NCBI GenBank assembly: GCA_024407725.1
Contig: JAKSVZ010000003.1
Coordinates: 1-32,000, forward strand
Length of the DNA stretch: 32,000 nucleotides
Direction: 5' to 3'
From: Opitutales bacterium
Lineage (GTDB): Bacteria; Verrucomicrobiota; Verrucomicrobiia; Opitutales; UBA9783
In this document: piece after piece, positions 1-7,776 of the stretch
Position numbering within the stretch: position 1 is the first letter of the stretch
Layout: the number at the start of each line of letters is the position of its first letter
Notes under the pieces: generated by a model
Told to the model about the DNA's origin: nothing
Database searches by the model: none
What the model saw: only the letters and a program-made list of their open reading frames with translations
Made by a program: the position numbers and the translations under genes

Positions 1-1
1 T

Positions 2-163
2 TGTTGCCGGTATTATCACCAGTATATAGAGTTAACGCCTTGGGCGAATGAAGTACGTACTGCGTTAAAACCCTATAAGTTTATCAAACAAACATTGCAT
101 TTAGGGCGGGAATGGCTACAGCAGAAGATTAATTGTTTAGAAGAAGTATTATTTACCCGATGA
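2..163 (+). CDS. 3' end of an upstream glycosyltransferase family 8-like gene (partial, runs off the window start)
   Basis: Frame 2 is open from the window edge to TGA 161-163. The translated tail ...RYYHQYIELTPWANEV... aligns with the C-terminus of the next GT8 protein (...RHYYRYAKCTPWKDEV...). Its stop overlaps the next ATG (ATGA at 160-163). It is not in the ORF track because it has no in-window start. Confidence 0.5.
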   Translation, partial: CCRYYHQYIELTPWANEVRTALKPYKFIKQTLHLGREWLQQKINCLEEVLFTR

Positions 164-1107
164 ACGAAGAAGTGATTCCAGTCATTCTTAGTTGCGATGA
201 CAAATTCGTACGGCACGCAGCGTGTACGATAGCATCCATCGTTAAGAATTCCCAGCGTCGGTATCAGTTTTACCTATTGGATTGTGGTATCAGCGAAGTC
301 AACAAGCAAAAGCTGGCAGAATGGGATTTGGGAAAAAACACCCTAAAGGTAATGCCGATGGGGAAGGTTGAGGCGTTTGAACGCATTGCAACATTATCAG
401 GGTTTTTTCCGCCTGCTAATTTCTATCGTTTATTGATTCCCGAATTGTTTCCAGAACTTAATAAAGCGATTTACTTGGATAGCGACATTGTGGTAGTTGG
501 AGATTTAGGTGACCTGTGGGATATCGATTTGGGTGACAAATTGATGGGCGTTGTGTACATGGATCCTACTTTTTCCGCTTGTGATGAATATGATGAGTTT
601 AAGCGTCGTTACCAAATTCCATTGGAACGTCGTTATTTTAATAATGGCGTAATGTTGATGAATCTAGAAGCTTTACGTACCTTTGGGTTTACAGACAAAC
701 TGTCTAACTTAATTGTTAAGGTATGCTCAGAAGCTAGTAACAAAGGGGTATGCGTACCTTGCGAACTTTTATTTAACAAGACTTTTGATAATGAGCAATT
801 GTTGGAATTAGATCCAAAGTTCAATTTTGTGATTAATTGTACCTATTCCAAACAACTAGCCAAACGCGTACAGCCTGTTTGTTGGCATTATATCTGTTAT
901 AAGCCATGGACCTTAAGAGAACGTTCGTTTAGTGGATGTACGTTTTTTATGTTTTGTACTTTTAGACATTATTATCGTTATGCCAAATGTACGCCGTGGA
1001 AAGATGAAGTCTATAAAGACATCAAATGGCCTGTTGTTGTAAAAATGCTTTGGAAATGGTGTTTTCAGCCCGTTGAAATTTTTGTAAAACAACGGTTATT
1101 AAAATGA
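160..1107 (+). CDS. Glycosyltransferase family 8 (LPS/LOS core alpha-glycosyltransferase-like)
   Basis: ATG 160 is preferred over the track's TTG 133 because of the ATGA overlap with the upstream stop. GT8 hallmarks: IPVILSCDDKF, FYRLLIPELFP..AIYLDSDIVVVGDL (DxD), YFNNGVMLMNL, WHYICYKPW. Confidence 0.8.
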   Translation: MNEEVIPVILSCDDKFVRHAACTIASIVKNSQRRYQFYLLDCGISEVNKQKLAEWDLGKNTLKVMPMGKVEAFERIATLSGFFPPANFYRLLIPELFPELNKAIYLDSDIVVVGDLGDLWDIDLGDKLMGVVYMDPTFSACDEYDEFKRRYQIPLERRYFNNGVMLMNLEALRTFGFTDKLSNLIVKVCSEASNKGVCVPCELLFNKTFDNEQLLELDPKFNFVINCTYSKQLAKRVQPVCWHYICYKPWTLRERSFSGCTFFMFCTFRHYYRYAKCTPWKDEVYKDIKWPVVVKMLWKWCFQPVEIFVKQRLLK

Positions 1108-2330
1108 GGAAAAGCGTAATGGATTTTTGTATTCGTTTGTGTTTGTTGACCTTGAGTATCGGTGCTTTTTTTTCAAAAAAAGTATTCGATGCTGGCTATT
1201 TTGCCCTTTTTGCATTGGCAGTTTTAGAACTGTGCGCCAAGCGTGATTTTCGTCAACAAAGCCGACAATTCCATCGCACGCATTCCTTTGTCCTACCTAT
1301 TGTTGTGCTGGTTGGATTAGCTTGTGCTGGAATGGCTTGGTCCATCGCTACTTGGAGTATCCGTTGGGCTATTTTTACCAAATATGTACGGTTAGCGATG
1401 GGTTTGGTTTTTATCCCGTTTTTTATTCGTCATCCCCAATGTATTCCATCGGCCTTTCGGTATTTTGTTTGGCTTGCAGCCATTTATTGCCTTTGGGGGC
1501 ATACATTGTTGGATCCGCTAAGTAATGGATGGGTAAGTCCTTTGCATACAGGGTTATACATCGCCTGTATTATGTCCTTTATTACGCTTAATATTTTAAT
1601 AAAGAATGCAAATAGCGTGAATTTAACGCAGTTGATTTTTTTCACGATTTATCTGTTTCTAATGAACCGAGAGCGAACGGGTCCCGTAGCCAGTATTATT
1701 TCATTGGTTGTGCTGTGCGTAAACGCTACTTGGATTACCTACCGCAACCGTCGTAATGCATTAGCTGTTAAACGCCGTATGCTGAAAAACGTGATCTGGG
1801 TTTGTATTATTCGCTTTATGTCAGTAGTGATTGCATGTCGCGTATTGGTACCAGTGGTTGAAAAAGTGATGCATACCGCAAAGGTATCCTATACAGCGAT
1901 TTCTCGAATGGATATGCTAGAGCAAGCCCTTTCTTTTATACAAGAAAGTCCATGGATAGGTACCGGAACGGGCTCGTATGGAACCTTATTGACTCAACAC
2001 CGCTTGCCTTATGTTGCTTATTATATAACCAGCGGGTTTGAACGCAATGCGCATTCTCATAATGAATGGGATTTGTGGATGATCCAATGGGGGATGTTGG
2101 GCTTTATAGCGTTTTTTATATGGTTCGGTACTTTTGCGTGGTACTTTTTTAAGGAAAGGCGCTGTACGTTTTACGCCAGTTTTGGAGGTATTTTGCAGCT
2201 AATTTTCTTTGTCGGGGGTGTGGGAGAGGCTATTTTCTTCGTAACGGTTCCGCAAAGTATTTATCTTTTAGGCACCTGTTTATGTATTGCGATGATTGAA
2301 CACACTAAGGCACAACCTAAACTGGCTTAA
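1104..2330 (+). CDS. O-antigen ligase / Wzy_C family polytopic membrane protein (WaaL-like)
   Basis: 408-aa protein with many hydrophobic helices. The segment ERNAHSHNEWDLWMIQWGMLGFIAFF fits the O-antigen ligase-type H.H.N...G..G periplasmic loop and helix. ATGA-coupled (1104-1107) to the GT8 gene. Confidence 0.7.
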   Translation: MRKSVMDFCIRLCLLTLSIGAFFSKKVFDAGYFALFALAVLELCAKRDFRQQSRQFHRTHSFVLPIVVLVGLACAGMAWSIATWSIRWAIFTKYVRLAMGLVFIPFFIRHPQCIPSAFRYFVWLAAIYCLWGHTLLDPLSNGWVSPLHTGLYIACIMSFITLNILIKNANSVNLTQLIFFTIYLFLMNRERTGPVASIISLVVLCVNATWITYRNRRNALAVKRRMLKNVIWVCIIRFMSVVIACRVLVPVVEKVMHTAKVSYTAISRMDMLEQALSFIQESPWIGTGTGSYGTLLTQHRLPYVAYYITSGFERNAHSHNEWDLWMIQWGMLGFIAFFIWFGTFAWYFFKERRCTFYASFGGILQLIFFVGGVGEAIFFVTVPQSIYLLGTCLCIAMIEHTKAQPKLA

Positions 2331-3636
2331 TACATCCTTCTAAGGCGCTGGTGGTTGCTCGTTCGATCCAAACGGACTGGAAGCTGCCGATGATGCTAGA
2401 ATCTCCGTCAAAAATCACTTTTTTGTTAAAAAAACTACGACCAAAGAGCTTATGAGCGCCTTTAGGGGCATGGCCTTCGACCAGTACGGATTGGTAGGTA
2501 TGAACAAACTGCTGATTATAGCGTAACGAGGCTTGGGATAGGCAATCCAACAACACCTGATTGCGTTGTTCCTGTACATCTTTAGAAATTCCGTTGGTTG
2601 CTACCCATTCAGCTGCTGGTGTATTGGGACGTGGACTGTATTTGAAGATATATGCCATGTCGAATTGGATTTTTTTGAAAAACTGAACGGTTTGGTCGAA
2701 ATCCGCATCGGTTTCACTGGGGTATCCGACAATCAGGTCGGTCGATAGCGATAGTTGGGGTTGAATAGACCGCAGGGCTTGAATGAGGGTCGTTAATTTT
2801 TCCTGCGTATACCCGCGATGCATATGTTCCAAAATACGGTTGGAAGCGCTTTGGATGGGTAGATGTACCGATGGGCAACATTTGGGTAAGGTCTTAAAGC
2901 ATTGAATCAGCCTATCGGTAAAAAAATTAGGATGGGGAGAAACGAAGCGAATCCGCTCAATGCCATCAATAGCCTGAAGAGCGTACAGGAGATCAACAAA
3001 GGTTTTCCCGTTATCGTGATAAGCGTTAACGATTTGCCCGAGCAAAATGATTTCGCGCGTTCCCTGAGCGGCGGCTGTTTGAGCTTCGCGTAGGATGGAA
3101 TCAAATGGGCGGTTTTGTTGATGACCGCGTGTTTGAGGAACAATGCAGTAGGAGCAACCCATAGCGCATCCTTGTTGAATGGGAATCCATCGGACGGGGG
3201 TAAACGGCAGGGATTGTTCATAGCAAGCAAAGGTGTAAGGTTGAAAGTCGGTTATAACCTTAGGCGTGTTGGTTCTTAATGTTTCTTGAATGAGGTGCGG
3301 AATGTCGTTTAAGGCTGGAGGTGGCAGAACCCAATCGAGTTGTGGCAATAGCTTGGTAAGTTGTTGTCCCCTACGAGCAGCCATGCATCCGATAATACCC
3401 AAGCGGTACCGTGGGTTGGTTCGTTTGTTCTTGAGTAAACGTCCTGCCTTGCCGAGAGCTTTGGCTTCAGCGCAATCGCGTACGCTGCAGGTGTTGAGCA
3501 ATACCAAATCTGCTTCGGATTCGTTGTCAACGAGGGTATGTCCATCCGCCTCAAGCACTGCTTTTAGGGCGTCGCTATCCCTAAAATTCATTTGGCAGCC
3601 GTAAGTTTTTATCCAAATTTTCCGCTTTTCGTTCAC
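2317..3636 (-). CDS. miaB: tRNA-i6A37 methylthiotransferase MiaB (radical SAM MTTase)
   Basis: KIWIKTYGCQMN...LLNTCSVR N-terminal MTTase domain, radical-SAM CSYCIVP, C-terminal TRAM-like region, 439 aa. The start is GTG at 3636, with an in-frame TAA five codons upstream. The 3' end overlaps the convergent WaaL-like gene by 14 nt. Confidence 0.9.
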   Translation of the reverse strand: MNEKRKIWIKTYGCQMNFRDSDALKAVLEADGHTLVDNESEADLVLLNTCSVRDCAEAKALGKAGRLLKNKRTNPRYRLGIIGCMAARRGQQLTKLLPQLDWVLPPPALNDIPHLIQETLRTNTPKVITDFQPYTFACYEQSLPFTPVRWIPIQQGCAMGCSYCIVPQTRGHQQNRPFDSILREAQTAAAQGTREIILLGQIVNAYHDNGKTFVDLLYALQAIDGIERIRFVSPHPNFFTDRLIQCFKTLPKCCPSVHLPIQSASNRILEHMHRGYTQEKLTTLIQALRSIQPQLSLSTDLIVGYPSETDADFDQTVQFFKKIQFDMAYIFKYSPRPNTPAAEWVATNGISKDVQEQRNQVLLDCLSQASLRYNQQFVHTYQSVLVEGHAPKGAHKLFGRSFFNKKVIFDGDSSIIGSFQSVWIERATTSALEGCIKPV

Positions 3637-3727
3637 TTTTCGTATTTTTTAATTGTATCCGTTGGTAAAATTTGTTCTAAGTAAAGTTACTTTAACGTTA
3701 AGAAAATTGTTATAGCAATTAAAGATT

Positions 3728-4411
3728 ATGAGAAAGATCCAATTAGCAGTTGAAAAGCGAGATTGCTGTGGAACAACGGCATGTGGTCGTTTGCGCAAAG
3801 AAGAAGTGATTCCTGCTGTCGTTTATGGTCCCTCTGGGGTTGAGCCTTTACAGGTGTTAAAGCCTGATTTTCGTAAAATGATGCTGGAGAAGGGTGAAGG
3901 TGCTGCATTGATTGAACTGAAGGGGAAATCAAAAACGCGGTTATCGCTCCTACAGGCTACCCAGCGTAATCCTCGTACGGACGCTTATTTACATATCGAT
4001 TTTAGAGAAGTTGATCCTAAAAAGCCCATGGTTGCGAAAGCGCCGTTAAAATTCGTTGGAGACCCAGTTGGGGTTAGAGACGAAGGGGGTGTTTTGGATG
4101 TTGTACGGCATAACGTCAACGTTACCTGTTTGCCGGACGATTTACCGGAATACATCGAGGTCAACATTAACGATTTACATTTAGAGCAAACCATTCACGT
4201 TAAGGATTTACCTCAACTCAAAGGCGTTGCCTATAAAACATCGTTAACCGAGTTGGTCGTTGCCTGCGTGTCGGTTGAGGAGGAAGAAGAAGCTGAACAG
4301 GCTGCTGCTGGTGATGCCGCTGCTACTACAGCCGCAACTCCTGCTGCCGCTGCTGCTACACCGGCTGAAGCCGCTGCTCCTGCCGCTGATAATCAAGCAG
4401 CTAAGAAATAA
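3728..4411 (+). CDS. rplY: 50S ribosomal protein L25 / general stress protein Ctc (long form)
   Basis: GRLRKEEVIPAVVYG N-terminal L25 motif and two-domain Ctc length. It carries an Ala/Glu-rich low-complexity C-terminal tail encoded by a GCT/GCC-rich tract. Confidence 0.85.
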   Translation: MRKIQLAVEKRDCCGTTACGRLRKEEVIPAVVYGPSGVEPLQVLKPDFRKMMLEKGEGAALIELKGKSKTRLSLLQATQRNPRTDAYLHIDFREVDPKKPMVAKAPLKFVGDPVGVRDEGGVLDVVRHNVNVTCLPDDLPEYIEVNINDLHLEQTIHVKDLPQLKGVAYKTSLTELVVACVSVEEEEEAEQAAAGDAAATTAATPAAAAATPAEAAAPAADNQAAKK

Positions 4412-4477
4412 TGGGAGCGCATTGGGTTGGCCATTGGTTAATCTAAGCGTTTTATGAACCACCCCGCATAAGAGACT

Positions 4478-5050
4478 ATGGATATATCTCTTTTGGTGGT
4501 TGGTTTGGGTAATCCAGGGAAGGCTTATGACCGTACACGTCATAATTTTGGCTTTTACTTGGTGGATACCTATGTGAGCCATCACGGGGGTACTTGGACA
4601 CAGGAACTGAAGCATAGTGGATGGCTCTCAGCTATTTATACTCCTCCTACCAGGGTGCTGTGTTTAAAGCCTACGACGTTTATGAACCACAGTGGTACGG
4701 CGGTACGTGCTGTGTGCGATTATTACCGCATCGATTTGCAAAACGTTTTGGTGGTATGCGACGATATCAGTATTCCTTTAGGTAATTTTAAGGTGTCGAT
4801 CAAACCCGGTAGTGCAGGCCATAATGGCATTAAGCATATATTAGAATGCTGCGGCGCAGGGTTTGCACGTTATCGCGTAGGGGTTGGGGGAAAACCTCAA
4901 GAAATGCGTTTGGACGATTATGTACTTGCTAAATTTTCCCCAGAAGAACAAGCAAAATTGCCGGAGGTTGCAGCTGCTTTTGAAAAGAATTTGGAAGTCT
5001 TTATTGACAAAGGGATTTTAAAGGGTCTGAATTTTATAGAACGATTATGA
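4478..5050 (+). CDS. pth: Peptidyl-tRNA hydrolase
   Basis: LLVVGLGNPGKAYDRTRHNFGF, FMNHSG and GSAGHNGIK motifs typical of Pth; 190 aa. Confidence 0.9.
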   Translation: MDISLLVVGLGNPGKAYDRTRHNFGFYLVDTYVSHHGGTWTQELKHSGWLSAIYTPPTRVLCLKPTTFMNHSGTAVRAVCDYYRIDLQNVLVVCDDISIPLGNFKVSIKPGSAGHNGIKHILECCGAGFARYRVGVGGKPQEMRLDDYVLAKFSPEEQAKLPEVAAAFEKNLEVFIDKGILKGLNFIERL

Positions 5051-5352
5051 AGACGGCAAAGTCTATACGCAAGCAGTATAAAGCTACATTTATTTTAGAT
5101 ACGCATAAGTGGACTGAACCCATTGAGGCTCTGATTGAGCAAATCAAGGGAACCATTGCTGAGATTGATGGCGAAGTGCTAGAAGTAAAGTCTTTGGGTA
5201 TGAAACAGTTTGCACGTTGCCCGCGGAAAGATTTTATAGCGGCTCCTTACGTGTCTATTATTTGTTCTGCTGCACCCAATTTTAACAAGTTATTGAAAGA
5301 ACGTATTGGATTGAATCCTAACGTGAATCGGGTGATGGTGGAAACCAACTAA
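5047..5352 (+). CDS. rpsF: 30S ribosomal protein S6
   Basis: The length (101 aa) and pattern YKATFILD...G.I......G.KQFA......APYV....A.....L.....NP.V.RVMV fit S6. ATGA-coupled to pth, and followed by ssb as in the conserved rpsF-ssb cluster. Confidence 0.8.
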   Translation: MKTAKSIRKQYKATFILDTHKWTEPIEALIEQIKGTIAEIDGEVLEVKSLGMKQFARCPRKDFIAAPYVSIICSAAPNFNKLLKERIGLNPNVNRVMVETN

Positions 5353-5356
5353 CATC

Positions 5357-5833
5357 ATGTCATCGTTCAATAAAGTATTGTTGATGGGAAATTTGGTGCG
5401 CGATCCAGAATTGCGTGCCACAACCAGTGGTTTGTCAGTAGCAACCATCACTATTGCAGCTTCAAGAAGCGTACGTTCGGAAAAAGCCGAAGGGGGAATG
5501 CGGGAAGAAACCGTATTTGTCGATGTAGAGGCGTTTGGGAAACAAGCCGAAACCATTGCGAAATTTTTTACCAAAGGACGTCCGATTTTTGTTGAATTAC
5601 GGTTACGGTTGAACGAATGGACGAACCAAAACGGTGAAAAACGTAGCAAATTGTTGGTTGTTTTAGAGAATTTTGTTTTTGTGGGGTCTAATGATAAAGC
5701 CAAAGGAGCGGATGAGTTAACAACCATGGAGGCTGCTCCCAAGGTAGAGACAAGTGAGCCTCATAAGAAAGCTAAGAAAAGCAAAGATGCTCCAGCTCCA
5801 GAAGCTGAAGCAGATGAAGATGTTCCTTTTTAA
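5357..5833 (+). CDS. ssb: Single-stranded DNA-binding protein
   Basis: OB-fold N-terminus NKVLLMGNLVRDPELR, a disordered linker and the acidic C-terminal tip DEDVPF. Confidence 0.9.
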   Translation: MSSFNKVLLMGNLVRDPELRATTSGLSVATITIAASRSVRSEKAEGGMREETVFVDVEAFGKQAETIAKFFTKGRPIFVELRLRLNEWTNQNGEKRSKLLVVLENFVFVGSNDKAKGADELTTMEAAPKVETSEPHKKAKKSKDAPAPEAEADEDVPF

Positions 5834-5842
5834 GAGAAATTT

Positions 5843-6304
5843 ATGGCGCAGGTAAAAGTTTTATTGTTGAAGCCCCTAAAGCACCATGGGGATGAAGGAA
5901 GTATTATTTCGGTTAAAGCCGGTTTTGCGCGTAATCGTTTAATCCCAGGTGGGTTTGCCAAATTGGCTTCGGGAGCAAACGAAAAGCAAGTTCAAGCACT
6001 TTGCAGAATTCGTGCATTGCGTGAAGCAAAAGAGTTAGAAGCGGCTAAAGCTTTGGCTGAAAAAATTCAAGCTACCCAGCTAACGATTGCTGTAAAAACA
6101 GGCGATCAAGGGAAGTTGTTTGGCTCTGTTTGCGCTTCTGATTTAATGAAGCGTTACGAAGCAGAAGGAATCGTTTTTGATAAAGATTGTTTGCGTTTGG
6201 GTCAGCCTATCAAGCAGTTGGGAAAGCATGCCTTTCAGGTGCGTTTGCATAAGGATGTGGTGCTCGACTTAAGCGTTGAGGTGGTTTCTGAAAACCCACT
6301 ATAA
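5843..6304 (+). CDS. rplI: 50S ribosomal protein L9
   Basis: KVLLLKPLKHHGDEGSIISVKAGFARNRLIPGGFA N-terminal L9 signature; 153 aa. It sits immediately upstream of dnaB, a widely conserved adjacency. Confidence 0.9.
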   Translation: MAQVKVLLLKPLKHHGDEGSIISVKAGFARNRLIPGGFAKLASGANEKQVQALCRIRALREAKELEAAKALAEKIQATQLTIAVKTGDQGKLFGSVCASDLMKRYEAEGIVFDKDCLRLGQPIKQLGKHAFQVRLHKDVVLDLSVEVVSENPL

Positions 6305-6363
6305 AAGCGTGAGAATGGGGCTTTTTTAAGTTCCCTTTTTCGAAGCGTGCAATTAGGTTTGCC

Positions 6364-7776
6364 ATGAGCATTAAAAAGCAGTCGGTTGGTTCTGTTCGAG
6401 AGCCTCCGTATAGCATGGCTTATGAACAGGCTTTGTTGGCAGCTTGCATGCTGGAAGGTGGGCAGGATAGCATTGCAAAATGCATTGATTTAAAACTGTC
6501 TGCCGATTCCTTTTACATTCCGGCTCATCAAAAAATTTTTGAAGCCTGTATTACGTTATTTAAGGCGGGATCTCCTGTTAATTTAGTAACCGTTGGCGAG
6601 CAACTTAAAGGCATGGGAGCTTTGGAGCGCATCGGCGGTTTGGTTTATCTTAATGAATTAAGCGACCGCATTGAATCGCCGGCGGGGTTAGCGTTTTATG
6701 CCCAAAGCGTAAAAGATCTGGAGGTTGCGCGCAATTTAGTACGTTTTTTCTTAACGGGGCTGGAAGAAGCGTATCAGGTACGCGACGTGGATCAATTTAT
6801 TGAGCACGTTGAAAGCCGTGTGTTCGAGATTAATCAGGGGCGTGTTGAAGAAACGGTACTGCCCTTTGAAGGTTCGGTGGATAAAGCTGTGAACCTCATG
6901 CAAAAATTATCGGAGGATCATGAGGTAGTAAATGGGGTTGCCAGTGGATTCAAGGATTTGGATCAATTGACTACCGGATTTCATGGCGCCGAAATGATAG
7001 TTATTGCTGCGCGTCCATCTATGGGTAAAACCGCTTTGGCTTTAAATATTGCCGAAGCTGCTTTGATGCGGGCAAATCCAGTTCCAACGTTGTTTTTTAG
7101 CCTTGAAATGAGTGCGGAACAGTTGGCAATGCGTATGATTGGTAGCTGTGGGCGTATTGACATGACTAAACTGCGTACGGGTTTTTTGAGCAAATCACGT
7201 CAGGCTTCTATTGGTCAGATAGGTGAGGCGCTTAAACACGTACCCCTATGGATTGATGAATCCAGCAACTTAACGATTTTGGAACTGCGTTCGAAGGCGC
7301 GTCGTTTGCATGCACAGCATCCATTGGGATTGATTATTATCGACTATTTACAGTTATTGGCAGGAACCGATGCTAAGGTGTCTCGAGAGCAGCAAATTGC
7401 AGAAATTTCGCGCGGTGTTAAAAGTATGGCGAAGGAATTGAATGTTCCGGTGATTGTGTTGAGTCAGCTCAACCGTGAAATGGAGCGCGAAAACCGTCAG
7501 CCACGCTTATCGGATTTGCGTGAATCAGGCTCCATTGAGCAAGATGCTGATTTGGTTTTGTTGTTAAGCAAAGCGGATAAGGAACCGTCGACTGCAGAAA
7601 AACCATCGCAAGCGTTGGAAGAGGTTGCGCCTCCTGCAAATGAACCGTTGACAGATGTCGTAAGACGCGATTTGATTTTAGCTAAGCAGCGTAATGGACC
7701 TATTGGGGTTGTACCCCTCGTTTTCTTTAGGGCTTATACGCGCTTTGAAAGTTTTGTATCGGATAAAAAAATATGA
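6364..7776 (+). CDS. dnaB: Replicative DNA helicase DnaB
   Basis: PPYSMAYEQALLAACML N-terminal domain, Walker A ARPSMGKTALALN, SLEMS, IIDYLQLL, SQLNRE, DLRESGSIEQDADL, AKQRNGPIG. It carries an extra Pro/Glu-rich stretch at 7567-7674. Confidence 0.92.
   Translation: MSIKKQSVGSVREPPYSMAYEQALLAACMLEGGQDSIAKCIDLKLSADSFYIPAHQKIFEACITLFKAGSPVNLVTVGEQLKGMGALERIGGLVYLNELSDRIESPAGLAFYAQSVKDLEVARNLVRFFLTGLEEAYQVRDVDQFIEHVESRVFEINQGRVEETVLPFEGSVDKAVNLMQKLSEDHEVVNGVASGFKDLDQLTTGFHGAEMIVIAARPSMGKTALALNIAEAALMRANPVPTLFFSLEMSAEQLAMRMIGSCGRIDMTKLRTGFLSKSRQASIGQIGEALKHVPLWIDESSNLTILELRSKARRLHAQHPLGLIIIDYLQLLAGTDAKVSREQQIAEISRGVKSMAKELNVPVIVLSQLNREMERENRQPRLSDLRESGSIEQDADLVLLLSKADKEPSTAEKPSQALEEVAPPANEPLTDVVRRDLILAKQRNGPIGVVPLVFFRAYTRFESFVSDKKI

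Noticed and set aside
4270-4408. GCT/GCC/GAA-rich repetitive tract that looks like a microsatellite or short-repeat array.
   Set aside because: It is in frame and encodes the Glu/Ala/Thr/Pro-rich C-terminal tail of L25/Ctc. It has no spacer-repeat organisation and is not a CRISPR or other non-coding repeat.
5290-5742. 150-aa minus-strand ORF antisense to rpsF/ssb. Similar long shadow ORFs occur at 4244-4615, 17427-17795, 26252-26608, 28886-29236, 29193-29570, 2907-3230, 3290-3604 and 18036-18401.
   Set aside because: Each lies entirely within a gene that has strong family motifs. Their translations are low-complexity (Ser/Arg/Cys/Leu-rich) with no recognisable motifs, and no start or RBS context supports them. 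They are treated as frame shadows.
6305-6363. Possible terminator between rplI and dnaB (AAAAGC...GCTTTTTT).
   Set aside because: The stem is only about 6 bp and AT-rich, so it is not convincing as an intrinsic terminator.
7567-7674. Extra Pro/Glu-rich segment in the DnaB C-terminal domain, considered as a mini-intein or insertion element.
   Set aside because: It adds only about 18-20 residues relative to E. coli DnaB, has no intein splicing motifs (no Cys/Ser ... His-Asn-Cys/Ser/Thr boundaries) and is in frame. It is most likely a lineage-specific surface loop.
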